Numbered from the stretch's first letter, positions 49,932-62,129 are shown. The stretch is DNA of 64,000 nucleotides from Octopus sinensis (GCF_006345805.1 NC_042997.1:199454001-199518000), one strand, 5' to 3'. Notes: generated by a model from the sequence alone, not told the origin. Program-made: numbers and translations.

Positions 49932-50325
49932 TATTCTTTTCTGCTCTAAGCAAAAGGCCTGAAATTTTTAGGGAGGGGCCAATCGATTAAATCAACCCCA
50001 GTACACAATTGGTACTTAATTTAATGACCCCAAAAGGATGAAAGGCAAAGTCAACATCGGTGGAATTTGAACTCAGAACAAAAAGACAGATGAAATACCT
50101 ATTTCTTTACTACCCACAAGGGGCTAAACACTGAGAGGACAAACAAGGACAGACAAACGGATTAAGTCAATTATATCGACCCCAGTGCATAACTGGTACT
50201 TATTTAATCAACCCAGAAAGAATGAAAGGCAAAGTCGACCTCGGCAGAATTTGAACTCAGAATGTAGCGGCAGACGAAATACCATTAAGCATTTTGCCCG
50301 GTATGCTAACGTTTCTGCCACCTCG
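49932..50325 (-). mobile_element. SINE family A dimer (long-tail unit followed by a headless short-tail unit)
   Basis: Junction AAAGAAATA|GGTATTTC on the minus strand at 50099/50100. Confidence 0.87.
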
Positions 50326-50875
50326 CTGCTGCTGCTGCTGCTGATGCCTATTGGCAAATTAAAGATGCATTTCCTAAAAGTTGATAACTTTTGTTTGATA
50401 AAGTAATTGACCTAAAATGCTTGCATTTTTCAGACTATAGGTATATTAGGCCATTGTGTCGTTGACTTCACCTTTATGAAAGGTAATTATTTTCCCCAAG
50501 TGTAATATACTATAACCATAGGGATTGACTGACCTTCTACAATTTAAAGAGAATTACTAGTCATAAAGATTGTATATAATAGGAGAAGCATAAAGAGTCT
50601 GACCACATAGATAAAGTTGCTCAAAGAAATATGATGACAAAAATGTTATCATTAAACCTATCTATAGATGCAACAACAGCAGCAAGCAATTCTTTCTCCT
50701 GACCCCTTTAGCATGGACATGACTCTAAATTTAATTCCTTCTCAAATCAAGGATTCAGCCCAAAATGTCAAGGACCTTTCTTTTCCTAGGGGCAAATTGT
50801 CTTATTCCACTGTGTGAACTGACTGTATCAATAAAAGATTTAGGACAATTCTATCAGAGAAAGAAATGCTATTCA

Positions 50876-51250
50876 TAAGGCTTGGTTGTGTGGTTAAAAA
50901 GTTTGCTTCCCAATCTCTTGGTTTTGAGTTCAAGTCTCACTGTGAAGCACCTCAAGAAAGTGTCAACTATTTCTCTATGTGCACCTAAATCTTGTGAGTG
51001 AATTTGGCAGATGGAAAATACAAGAAGTTCATAGTGAGAGCATGTGCGTGCCTGCATCTGTGCATGGGGATTTACTTTGGACGTCTCTGAAAGTTGCTGG
51101 GCAATATGTCATGGTATTGTTGCCATTTCCTCTCTCAACAAGCAGTCCACTGGTTTGGTGCCTTTGAGGACATATGGAATTTGAGATCCATTACTTGACA
51201 AACAGGTAGAGGCTAGTAATAGGGAAAGTAACTAACTGTAAAATAATGCC
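50876..51250 (+). mobile_element. Diverged SINE family B
   Basis: GTGTGGTTAAAAAGTTTGCTTCCCAA..GAGTTCAAGTCTCAC head and CTTGTGAGTGAATTTGGCAGATGGAAA body. Confidence 0.65.
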
Positions 51251-51644
51251 TTAATAGTACAGTTGTCATAAAAGCAAATGAAAGAATGAAAGAGATATTC
51301 TATTCCAAGAATTGTATTGCATCTACATCTAAGGAAACCGAGTTTGTGAGGACCTTTAGCAGATCTCCCAAATTTAATATTAACTTGTTAAGAAGAATGT
51401 AAGTGTTTGAGAGATTAGTAATATTTTATTAATAATCTCTGAAATATTAATAATATTTTACATCTGAATGTCAAAGAGAATATTTAATTGTTATATCCCT
51501 TTATCAATGCTGGCATATGCAAACTTATTTCACATCAATTTTCTACTATTGGATATAATCTAATAAATATGTATCCAACCATCTAAAGTCTGTCTTTGTA
51601 CTTACACTCGAGCTGTCATTTAATGACACTTATATGTTTAGTGT

Positions 51645-51675
<31 letters not shown>

Positions 51676-52252
51676 GAAAGAGAAAGCCTAACAACTGCAG
51701 CATCTCTCTAGACTTCCATTAATTTGTTTTACTTTTAACTACAGCTCTTGCTTCTGAAGGCACACAGCCTAGTGGTTAGGGTGCCAGGCTGAAAACTGTA
51801 ATGATATGGGTTTGATTCTTGGACACTGCAGTATACTTGGTCCTTCAGCATTGATCCAGCCTATGAATCTGAAATGGGCATAGGCCTTCACCTCCAGTTG
51901 TCACATCACGGATGTTCCACTGGCTTTAGAATGGAGGTGAACATCTTTGTCTGTTCATGACTATATATATATACACCTAAAACCATTAGCAAAAGCATGG
52001 AACACATTGTCATGCCATACTTACTTGCTAGCAACCAGGTGGTTCTTTTTTGATGGCATTCACTGCCGTGATTAAGGAAAAAGTACCCCAAGAAGGCATT
52101 CTACATACCAAATACAAATCCAGTAGGATCTCACGTATGTAATATAGTAATGTGATCAACTGAGATTTCTAAGGAATTTGGTGACAAACATTCTTCTAAA
52201 AGTGTTTGAAAGGAAGGAAGTTAGATCAAACGATCAACCTTTTTAGACAATA

Positions 52253-52450
52253 GACATGGGTGTGTAGTAAAAAGTTTATTTCCCAACTACATAGTTCCAG
52301 GTTCAATCCCACTTCATGGAACCTTGGGCAAGTGTCTTCTACTATAGCCTCAGGCTGACCAAAGCCTTGTGAGTGGATTTGGTTGAGGAAAATTGAAAGA
52401 AACCCATCGTATGTGTCTGTGTTTGTCATCCACCACCACCACCACCACCA
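52253..52450 (+). mobile_element. SINE family B, 5' half
   Basis: GGTTCAATCCCAC..ACCTTGGGCAAGTGTCTTCTACTATAGCC..CAAAGCCTTGTGAGTGGATTTGG. Confidence 0.8.
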
Positions 52451-52604
52451 CACTGCAATGGATTTAAAAGAGCTTGCAATGCTCTGAGTAGCTCCTGCAA
52501 TTTCTGCATGGGGCAAAGTGTCTCTGATGTTATTTTACTTTATACAATCAATTAATAGTCAAACACACATTCAAGAAATGTTTAAAGTGCAGAACAAAAA
52601 GCAA

Positions 52605-52967
52605 TTTACATTATTTACACTTGACGGATATTTGTCCTCACCGTGTTTGTTGTTAAAACAATACTTTGGCTGATATACCCTCCAGCCTTCATTAGATGCC
52701 CAGGGACATATGGCACAGTGGTTAAGAGCACGGGCTACTAACCCCAAGATTCTGAGTTCGATTCCAGGCAGTGACCAGAATAATAATAATAATAATAACA
52801 TAGAAAAATACCTTAGAAATGAGAACCCAGGTTTAAAATTTCCCCAAGACACCTGGTGAAGGCTGGAGAATATATCAGCTGAAACATTGTATTAACAACA
52901 AACAAGATGAGGACAAATATCCGTCAAATGTAAATAATGCACATAATTCCTCATAAACATAGAACTG
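52605..52967 (+). mobile_element. tRNA-headed short element with a hammerhead-like 3' region and an inverted upstream copy of that region (Penelope-like layout)
   Basis: A box at 52711-52721, B box at 52756-52765, (TAA)n spacer and hammerhead-like motif at 52848-52893. 52609-52697 is the reverse complement of 52851-52939. Confidence 0.75.
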
Positions 52968-53374
52968 GAAAAACAGTTTGTCAAACTTTTTGCACAATAC
53001 AATGCAGATTAAAGTGGGGCTGGATTTAAGGTAACAACAACAGAACCTATTTGTTATCTTTAATGAAACATCTGTGCATTGGTCTTGTATAAAGTAACTG
53101 TCATTGCAGATATACCTCCCTTCCACACTGCCTGATTAATCCTTTGTTTGGCCTGATCTTTTGAAAAAAAATTAATCTATGTTCACTGCTTTTGTTTTAC
53201 AGCCAGAGTAAACAAAATATAACATAGCTCACTGTGCTTAAGAAGCAAACTTTAATTTTGCTTTCAAAATAACTGACGGTTTATTATTAATTGCATAAAT
53301 GTGTTAACTCTTAACATGTTTTAGAATTAGTTTGGCAAACATCATATCGCATCCAAACATAATGAAATAGTTTT

Positions 53375-53822
53375 TAAATTTTAGCACAAGGCCAGCAATT
53401 TTAAGAGGAGGTGATTACTGGGTTACATTGACTCAAGTACTCAACTGCTACTTATTTTATCGGCCCTGAAAGGATGATAGACAAAGCTGGCCTCATCGGA
53501 GTTTGAACACAGAACAAAAAGAGATGGAAGGAAAAGCCTTTAAACGTTTTGTACATGTTAACAATTCTGCCAGTCTCCTGCTGCTGCTACTACTAATAAG
53601 AATGATAATAATCCTTTCAACTATAGGCACAAGGCCTTAAATTTTTGAGGAGGAGCCAGTTGATTAGATGAGCCCTGTATGCAGCTGGTACATAATTTAT
53701 TGACATTGAAAGGATGAAAGGCAAAGTCAACCTTGGCGGAATTTGAACTCATAACGTAGCGACTGGCGAAATACCGCTAGGCATTTTGTCCAGCATGTTA
53801 ACAGTTCTGCCAGCTCACTGTT
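53375..53822 (-). mobile_element. Two SINE family A copies (one old, one younger) beside (AAT)n
   Basis: Reverse-complement units at ~53375-53578 and ~53611-53822. Confidence 0.8.
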
Positions 53823-53824
53823 TC

Positions 53825-53859
<35 letters not shown>

Positions 53860-54093
53860 TAAGTTAATATCTGTTTACCATGCTGCCACGGGTTGGATGG
53901 TTTAACTGGAGCTGGCAAGGCCAGGAAATGTTTCAGGTCTCATAGTCTGTTTTGGTATGGCTTCTACAGCTACATGCTCTTCCTAATACCAAACACTTTA
54001 TAGATGATAATAATAATAATAATAATAGTAGTAGTAGTAACAATAATAATAATAATAATAAGGTAATCTGCAGGAGGGTCTCATAGAAGCAAT

Positions 54094-55069
54094 CATGTTT
54101 CCAGAGGTGAATTCTTCAAACCCCAAAGAATCCCTCTCAGCACACGGCTATGATGCTCCCCCACTACTTCTGCTCGTGATCAGAGACGCACATATCATCA
54201 GCCACTAAGGTACATGGTCAACTGGTTAAGGTCAAACAACTGACAAGCAAATCTGTGGTATTGAGCAGAATATTTGCTGTAGCCCATTTTTATACCAAAA
54301 CAAAACAATGTACATGATAACACAATCAGTTAAAATCAGAAGCCATGAGAACCATTGCTTGGTACAGCATCAGAGCAGTTAGTATTATTATTATTATTAT
54401 TATTAAGGCGGTGAGCTGGATGAAATGCTTAGCAGTATTTCACCTGATTTTACATTCTGAGTTCAAATTCTGCTGAGGTTGACTTAACCTTTCATCCTTT
54501 TGGGGACGATAAAATAACTACCAGTTGAACTCTGAGATTGATGTAATTGACTCATCACCTCTCTCAAAATTGCTGCTCTTGTGGCAAAATTTTAAACGAT
54601 TATTATTATTATTGAATGTGAGAGCACTGCATGCCATCAAATTGACACTGGGGTAAAATATACAAAGCCCAGTATACCCATCATGACTACCCATCTGATA
54701 AGAGTACATCAGGCACATGCATCACAACCATATGTGTGTGACAGGGTGATCTCTTATCAAGATAAACAGTGCATGACTTTGCAGGTGGGGCCCAATTAGA
54801 ATTTTCTTCAGGTCGAGTAGCCCATCCTGCTCAAAAGGTCCATGAATAAATGTTAAGGATGTTGAACGAAACACCCATGTTTCCAGAGGAGAATTATTCA
54901 AATCTCAAAGAATTCTTCTTAACACATGGCTATGATGCTCCTCCACAACTTCTGCTCATGATCAGAGAGGCACATATCATCAGCCACCATGGGAAATACT
55001 CAACTGATGAAGGTCAAACAACTGACAAGCAAATCTGTGGTATTGAGCAGAATATTTGCTGTAGCCCAT
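54094..55069. repeat. Two ~190-bp direct copies of an unclassified (TAA)n-associated repeat
   Basis: 54094-54285 and 54876-55069 are colinear (CATGTTTCCAGAGG...GAATATTTGCTGTAGCCCAT). Confidence 0.8.
54405..54600 (+). mobile_element. SINE family A (short tail) within (ATT)n
   Basis: AAGGCGGTGAGCTGG head and core, with (ATT)n on both sides. Confidence 0.8.
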
Positions 55070-55080
55070 CTTTTATTATT

Positions 55081-55411
55081 ATTACCTCTACCTCATGTTT
55101 GCTTGTTTGTCCATGGACAAAATACCTCAAGAACCACTGAATAGATTCAGATGAAACTATCAGGGATGTCTGGCCTCATGACTGACACAACTGATTAAAT
55201 TTTGGGATTGATCCAGTACCGAACAAGGATTCTGGATTATTTTTCCTGTTTTTTTTACTTAATTTTCGAGAGTGGTCAGATTAATTTTAACTGTTCTCAT
55301 TTGTGAGAGCATTCGAATTTATTTCAGATATTCTCATTTTAAATATCATCTCTGGCTAATTGTTGAGAGGACATTGGTGTTGCATTGGTGGAGGTTTGCA
55401 CTCTCTGAGGG
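55081..55411 (+). mobile_element. Helentron-associated (DINE-1/HINE-like) element
   Basis: Subterminal inverted repeat ACCTCTACC / GGTGGAGGT, a (GTTT)-type microsatellite near the 5' end and a degenerate 3' hairpin GCACTCTCTGAG. Confidence 0.55.
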
Positions 55412-55614
55412 TTATTATTATTATTATTAAAATTATGAATCTAAATACTAAAGAGAATCATACAGCTTATCTGGGGAAAGGGGCATGAACTTTGTTCTTA
55501 ATGCAACATTATATTATCCTGGGTTCCTTTAAGAATTTTCATAATAGCTCTTACTAAAGAACTCAATGGAAAAACTCAATGTTTGTGAATTGATAATACA
55601 TCTAAACTTCAATC

Positions 55615-55851
55615 CAGTGATTCTCAACTGGGATTCATTAAAGGTTTTGTTAAAATTTGTGTGCAATAAACTGGTTATATTTCAACAGTACACCAAATTT
55701 TTTAACAATTTTTTAAAATACAATTCCTAATGATATTTAATAATAAAAGTATAACATGTTTTTAGACATTGAAATGCTATGAGGGTTTCCTTTCTTTGAG
55801 TAAAACAGGACTCAAAGGATTCCTTAGGCAAAAAATGGTTGAGAACTAAGG
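55615..55851. mobile_element. hAT/Charlie-like MITE
   Basis: Termini CAGTGATTCTCAAC / GTTGAGAACTAAGG. Confidence 0.65.
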
Positions 55852-56851
55852 ATGTGGGCCAAAACTACATGCCCTTCCCCTCCATTGGTCACTTGAAGCT
55901 TAGACAGTGTCATGTAAAAGTTTGCTGGTGCTGGAGCCTACCAGCAGGTATTTAAAGGGAGACTTGGCAAGATGGTCAGTTACCTGCTGGCATTCATTGA
56001 CGCTGCATTAATGAAACCAAAGAACAAAAGGGAAAAGGAGAAAGAAGAAATACACTCAATACCAGAACTGAAGACACCACCGAAAGGGGGCCCCACCATG
56101 TCAAAAACGGTAGAGTAGTAGGGGCTGAAACCAGACATGGTTCCTCGTGGGTGATGTCTTTAGCCACAGGATCCTATAAAGGAGCTGTTTGAGGTAGTGA
56201 ACCCACAAAGCATGGTTGGAATTCCAGCTCTAATCTATGCAACTATAAAAGGATTGGAGTTGTCTTTTCCCTTCCTTAATTAAGATTTACATGACTCTCA
56301 CATGAAAACACAGAATTTTTTTCATGTTGTTTCCTACCACAACTACATTTGCTGCCTCTACATCACTTCCTTGACTGCACTTTCCCAAATATGTGCTGTT
56401 CCTCTCCTTCCCTTCCTAAGAATATGAAAAATCAGTTTTCCCAGCAGCATAGAGATACTAAATACTACTACAAGGCAATTTGTCCAGTACCACCTTCCCA
56501 CAGACAAATACATTGAAACAATCCAGTTCTGATGTGTAACAATGTTTCAGTCATTGTTACAATAGCTACAATGTATACATCTGAAATAAATGCTCAAGAT
56601 GTAGGAAGAAATTATCAATAAATCTAAATATAAACAGATATATTGATGCTACATTGTGTGTACAGATGTTCTTTTGTGTATAAGAGACACATTGAGAAAT
56701 ATAACGAAAAAAAATTTATACAATAAACTGTATAATGGAGATGTTAGCGTTTGTCTACTTTAAGTAAACTCACTTCACTTTTGCTGTGAGATTTGAGTGG
56801 CATCATCATTTGGCCCCCCCAGGTCAGTTCCAATTAAGCAGATATGGTTAA

Positions 56852-57117
56852 CCCATGAGCATTCAGATTACTCTGTTAAATGTAATGCTTATTTATTCAG
56901 ATTGTTTTGAATTGGTCATGTGTTATTTCATAGCTTTGACATTTTGATGATATGACTGCTTATTTTTAGAAATTCTGGGATACATATGAGAGGCCAGATC
57001 TGTCCAGTTTGAACAAAGAATGGGTGGAATATTTGGGCTAGATGTGGTCAGTAATATTTAGGCAAGATGTGGTCAGTAATATTTAGGCTAGATATAGTCA
57101 GTTTAAATACTAAAGGG
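56852..57117. mobile_element. Second piggyBac-like MITE family, with an internal 25-bp triplication
   Basis: TTAA|CCCATGAGCATT...AATACTAAAGGG|TTAA; AATATTT(G/A)GGC(T/A)AGATGTGGTCAGT occurs three times. Confidence 0.75.
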
Positions 57118-57614
57118 TTAAAGACTTTTCCCCCAAGGTAACCCATTATTTTAAGGAATAGTGTATCTAGGACTACATTATTTTACATGTCCTTCTTTTC
57201 AAGACAGTACATGTAATTCGAAGAATTTTTGGCTGCTGTTTCTAAGAAGTCAAATTAACACTTAGAGAGAGACTTTCATTAACTCGCTATTTTAAAGGTT
57301 TATTGTATGAGATACATGGCAAACAATAACATTTTTAATGTATGCAAATATCTGAACTGGCGAAAGATTAATTCTATAAAGCTGTAGAGCATCAAACAGC
57401 AGCGACAGGCAACTGTTAGTATTGATATGGTTTTTATATATTTATTTTATTTACCTGTGGGCTTTCCTGGCAAGTTGAACAGATTGTTTCAAGTATGTGA
57501 ATAATGTCTCTTTTATTACAACAAAGGAAACAGGTTATATTTCATTTCGTGTGTGTGTGCGTGAGAGAGAAAGAACCTTTGTTTCAACATCATGATTGTA
57601 AACAAGCATTATCA

Positions 57615-57840
57615 ATTTCTTTACTACCCACAAGGGGCTAAACACAGAAGAGACAAACAAGGACAGACAAACGGATTAAGTCGATTATATCTACCCCAGT
57701 GCGTAACTGATACTTATTTAATCAACCCTGAAAGGATGAAAGGCAAAGTCGACCTCGGCGGAATTTGAACTCAGAATGTAGCGGCAGACGAAATACCGCT
57801 CAGCATTTTGCCCGGCCTGCTAATGTTTCCGCCAGCTTGC
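57615..57840 (-). mobile_element. SINE family A (long tail) inserted in an RTE-type-tailed SINE
   Basis: Flanked by a CAAGCATTA duplication (57603 and 57840); the host tail continues to ~58015. Confidence 0.88.
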
Positions 57841-58875
57841 AAGCATTACCATCATACAAACGATGTTACTTTTAGTCCCTCATGAAAAACATGACTGGTC
57901 ATAGGGAAATATTACCTCGCTTGAAAACGAGTGTTGGTGACAGAAAGGGCATCCAGCTATGGAAAATCATCTGACACATGCAAGCATGGAAAAGTGGACA
58001 ATGAATGATGATGATCACACACACACACACACTTATAGATATACTGGTGGGTGGGAGAACAATTGCTTTTAAACATTAAAATGTTTTTTCACTTTTTGCT
58101 ATTTAAGAGTATCTATTTTCTTTAGAATATCTGTAAAGATCCATGGGTAGGATTGTGTTTTTATCATCACGTCTGCTATTGAAATTTGATTTTTTTTTTA
58201 GAATTTCGACTTCAATGTATTAATTATTTGTAACACAAAATCTAACATTTCTAAAAATGACACAATGACTCCTACATGTTGTACATACACAGTTGTACAA
58301 CGTAAATGCTAAGATATAAATACACAACATTACTTATCTAAATCAAATTTAGCAGACACGAAATCATCTGCACTGCAGTAGTTACATTTCATTATTGCAA
58401 TCTCATTGTCTCTTGTTAATTCTGTTGTACTAAAGGTGAGAGAGGTTCAGCCGGATCAATATATCTAATTATTACTATATTTGAAATGTATAATCTGCTA
58501 TTGAAATCTCAGAATCAAATATTCTGTGAAATACATCTAAGGGAGTGATTCCGAAATGTGTTGATTAGAAGGTTTCCTGAAAATTGATGATATATATTCA
58601 GTCAACAGTAACTGATTATTGTAACTATGGGTAATGAAGTCTAAGTAAAACTACAGATAATGAGATTTAAGTTAAAGTGTCATATGATATGATAACAGAT
58701 GCTAAGAGCGAAGTAGACTTAATAAAACTTACTTATAAAGTATGTTATTTCCTAAAATGTTTACTATTTCAGTTTGAATTCTCTTCATAAGAATCAATGG
58801 ATCAATGATTAATGGTTTTACACAGTGCTTTAAAGGAGGCAATAGAAGTCTGTGAGGCAATTAAGGATGGCATTA

Positions 58876-59106
58876 GGCGGCGAGCTGGCAGAAACGTTAG
58901 CACGCTGGACGAAATGCTTAGCAGTATTTTGTCTGTCTTTATGTTCTGAGTTCAAATTCCACCAAGGTCGACTTTACCTTTCATCCTTTCGGGGTTGATT
59001 AAATAAGTACCAGTTACGCACTGGGGTTGATATAATCGACTTAATCCATTTGTCTGTCCTTGTTTGTCCCTTCTGTATTTAGCCCCTTGGGAGTAGTAAA
59101 GAAATA
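58876..59106 (+). mobile_element. SINE family A (long tail)
   Basis: Full-length colinear copy. Confidence 0.9.
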
Positions 59107-59296
59107 GGTTATTTCTATGACTTCTCACATGCAATCACAGAGATAAAATAGACAGTATATAACCAGTGATTTTTCAAAATGCTGTTCAAACATAAGTTCT
59201 TTTATTCATGGATATGGGTTCAACAGAAACAGACAGAAGCTAGTATAGCAGTGGCTCATATTGCAGTAATGTGCAGAGACTAGGAAGTTTATGTAA

Positions 59297-59666
59297 TCTC
59301 TATATATATAAACGGCAAAATGTCTGTCTGTCTGTCTGTGTCCTTAATACAAATCCACAATTTTTCAGTTAGAGGGCTCGCACTTTCTATGGTCATTCAA
59401 AACCATCTAAGGGTGGTTGTGCACATCTTTACATTTCCCCAGTCACCCTGCAAAGCCATTAAAAAATCAATAGAAGTGACTTTTTTGTGAATTTTCTATC
59501 CAAAACCTAATCAAAATGCCCGAAACTTGATATGCCAATTGAATGTCAACTAGGTGTATGTGATTGGTCGGAGATTTGGACAGTACTCACATGTATGTGT
59601 GCACGCACATAGCTGTATATGCATGCACTAGCACTATGACCAGGCGTTGCCAGGTCATAGTGCTAG
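59297..59666 (+). mobile_element. Non-autonomous Helitron, second family
   Basis: A|TCTCTATATATATAAACGGCA...(GTCT)n...palindrome ending CTAG|T. Confidence 0.82.
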
Positions 59667-60039
59667 TAATTTATAAATATGTATGTGTATACATGATCCG
59701 TCTGACCCATGCAAGCAAAAAAAAAAGGGAAAATGGAAACAATGATTTAACATATATGTGTACACATGCACACACACACACACACACTCAGGCACAAAAT
59801 TAATGAAGTAATGACACAGGATCAAAAGGAAATGTGCAGAAATTCGAGTACTTGAAGAGACTTAAAATACAACAGTTTGAGTAACCATTTCTGATATCAT
59901 GGTATTTATTCATGGCATATGTTACAGCCCATTTGTAATCAGTGAAGATTAACTGGAAATTTAAATCTCTGTAACATCCTATAAAGGTGTATTACTGAAA
60001 GACAACCTAAACTATATGCACCGATATATTTTTATTTTT

Positions 60040-60334
60040 ATTTATGCACCCTTTTCAAGCCTAGCCAAGCTCATCGGCCCGGTTTCCCGGTTTCTGTGGC
60101 GTATGTGTTCCTCACCTGCGGGATGGGACGCCAGTCCATCACAGCGTTACTCAAGAAACAGGAAGAAAGAGTGAGAGAAAGTTGTGGCGAAAGAGTACCG
60201 CAGGAATCACCACCACCCCCTGCCAGAGCCTCGTAGAGCTTTAGGTGTCTTCGCTCAATAAACACACACAACGTCCGGTCTGGGAATCGAAACCGCAAGT
60301 CCACTGCCCTAACCACTGGGCCATTGCGCCTCCA
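60040..60334 (-). mobile_element. tRNA-derived SINE with a V-domain-like core
   Basis: On the minus strand: A box TGGCCCAGTGG, B box GGTTTCGATTCCC and V-domain-like GATGGACTGGCGTCCCATCC. Confidence 0.75.
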
Positions 60335-60732
60335 AGCACCAATATATATGACAATGTAAAAATACCTAAGAATATTAATTGCACTATCAAACAGCAAGAC
60401 ATTCTTACATAAGTGAACAAGAAAGATCTTTTCCAAATGGCATGAATTCTTCATTGGTATTATTTCAGGCATTTATTCAAAAGCAACTATTTTTTTGTTC
60501 TGTCACAATTTTAAAGTCTTTTCTCTTTTTTTCTTTAAATTTTCTTCGAAACATATCTATGGCTACAACACTTCATTGTCTCAGAGACAGTTTAAAATAT
60601 TCCAAAAGCTAATTCGTATGAATCTTAGAAGATCTGATTATCATGCAGTATAAAAGTTGTTAAATTCAAATATGTATGATATATGCATTTAGACAGTCAT
60701 TATAATTTCCTTGAAATAACTTATTTTTTCAG

Positions 60733-60843
60733 AATCTAGATGACTGGAGTTTTGATGTGTTTGCAACCAATGAAGATTCACATGCACTCAAATACGTTGG
60801 TTATGAACTGCTACAGAAGTATGATTTACTCAATAAATTCAAA
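60733..60843 (+). CDS. PDE1: PDE1 exon, start of catalytic domain: NLDDWSFDVFATNEDSHALKYVGYELLQKYDLLNKFK
   Basis: ttttttcAG acceptor at 60731-60732 and GTAAGT donor at 60844; 111 nt, phase 0-0. Matches PDE1 D.WSFDVF..NE...HALK...YELL..YDL...FK. Confidence 0.95.
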
Positions 60844-61169
60844 GTAAGTTTCCAAGAAATTTTTTCCTTTCTATTTTAAATGCCATCTATTCTTATTGTC
60901 AAAAATCCCATAATAAAATTGAAAAGAAAATTTCAGGTAGACATAATGATGAAGAAAATTGAGAAAATTTCAAATAATTTTCTTTTCAAATTTTGTGTGT
61001 TAACTTCAAGCTTGATGTGGAAGAATGTTTTTCTAGTTTATTTATATCTTACGCTAGATAAAGGAGTTAGGGAATTAAGCCTTATTGTGGAGGTTCACAT
61101 ATCTTAAACATTTCAGTTCTTTTAAACTAGGCTTCAAAATTATTTGCCGACTTTCCTATTATATATGGA

Positions 61170-61458
61170 AGACTCTCCTGTCACGAAGGACAGATGAGTT
61201 GAATGATCTGCACAGATGGTTTGTATATACAATGACCGAATGCTTGTGATGTAAAGTAGCTCACACTCTCCACCAAATCAACACTGCCCACACAGGCGCA
61301 CAGTATGCCACACATTAGATATGTCAAAATGAGAGCAGAGTAATGTGAAATAAAGAGTCTTGCTCAAGGACACAACACACCATCCAGTCCAAGAATTGAA
61401 ACTAGAATCTGGCAATCATCTATGCATCACCACAACCACTAGGCTATGTGCCTTCACA
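61170..61458 (-). mobile_element. Diverged tRNA-CORE type SINE
   Basis: On the minus strand: GAAGGCACATAGCCTAGTGGTT head and GTGTCCTTGAGCAAGACTCTTT core. Confidence 0.65.
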
Positions 61459-61778
61459 CTTTCTTACAACACGAATCAGACAAAGTATAAGAGTAATATT
61501 TATCCCATTTAAGGAAGAGTATGAAATATTGATGATGCTCATAATCTCAATATATTTCTAATACTCTATATGAAAAAAATAAATTTTAATTTCTAGGAGA
61601 AATTTTTATTTCCTAAACTTCATTTACAAATTCCATGTTTTATTGCTATTTTTGGTGGTCACTATAAGGATTAATAAACTGTAATATAGACAGGTTTATA
61701 GCTTTTCCATTTAATGTTACTTCCTATATCTGGGTTTCCATGCTGGTTGATTTTGAAAGAAGTTTCAGTATAATAATT

Positions 61779-61992
61779 ATTTCTGCTATAGGAATAAGGC
61801 CAGAAATTTTATTGGAGGGGAATGGTTGACTACACCAACCCCGAAGCCAAACTGCTATTTTATTTTATCAACCCCAAAATGATGAAAGGTGAAGGCAACC
61901 TCTGTAGGATTTGAATTCAGAACATAAAGTCAAAACAAAAACTGCTAAACATTATCTCCAGCATTCTAACAATTCTGCCAGCTCACTACCTT
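61779..61992 (-). mobile_element. Old SINE family A copy next to (AAT)n
   Basis: Diverged reverse complement of the short-tail family A. Confidence 0.7.
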
Positions 61993-62040
61993 AATAATAA
62001 TAATATAATAATAATAATAATAATGATGATAATAATATAA

Positions 62041-62110
62041 ATCCCAATTCAAATGGATCAGGTGTTTGAGCACAACAAATCAGACCTAGTAGTGGTGAAC
62101 AAAAGTAAAC
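62041..62110 (+). mobile_element. Short R4/Dong-like endonuclease fragment
   Basis: IPIQMDQVFEHNKSDLVVVNKSK (cf. IQTD..I.HN.PDIVV) directly after (TAA)n. Confidence 0.55.
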
Positions 62111-62129
62111 CACATACACACTATGATGT

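Noticed and set aside
52703-52775. Functional tRNA gene
   Set aside because: The acceptor and T stems are imperfect, there is no poly-T terminator, and it is embedded in a repeat. It is treated as a SINE head, as are the other tRNA-like heads.
56068-56135. CTGAAGA followed by a GAAA-capped hairpin, a possible hammerhead
   Set aside because: No correctly placed GAAA box, helix III or helix I could be drawn.
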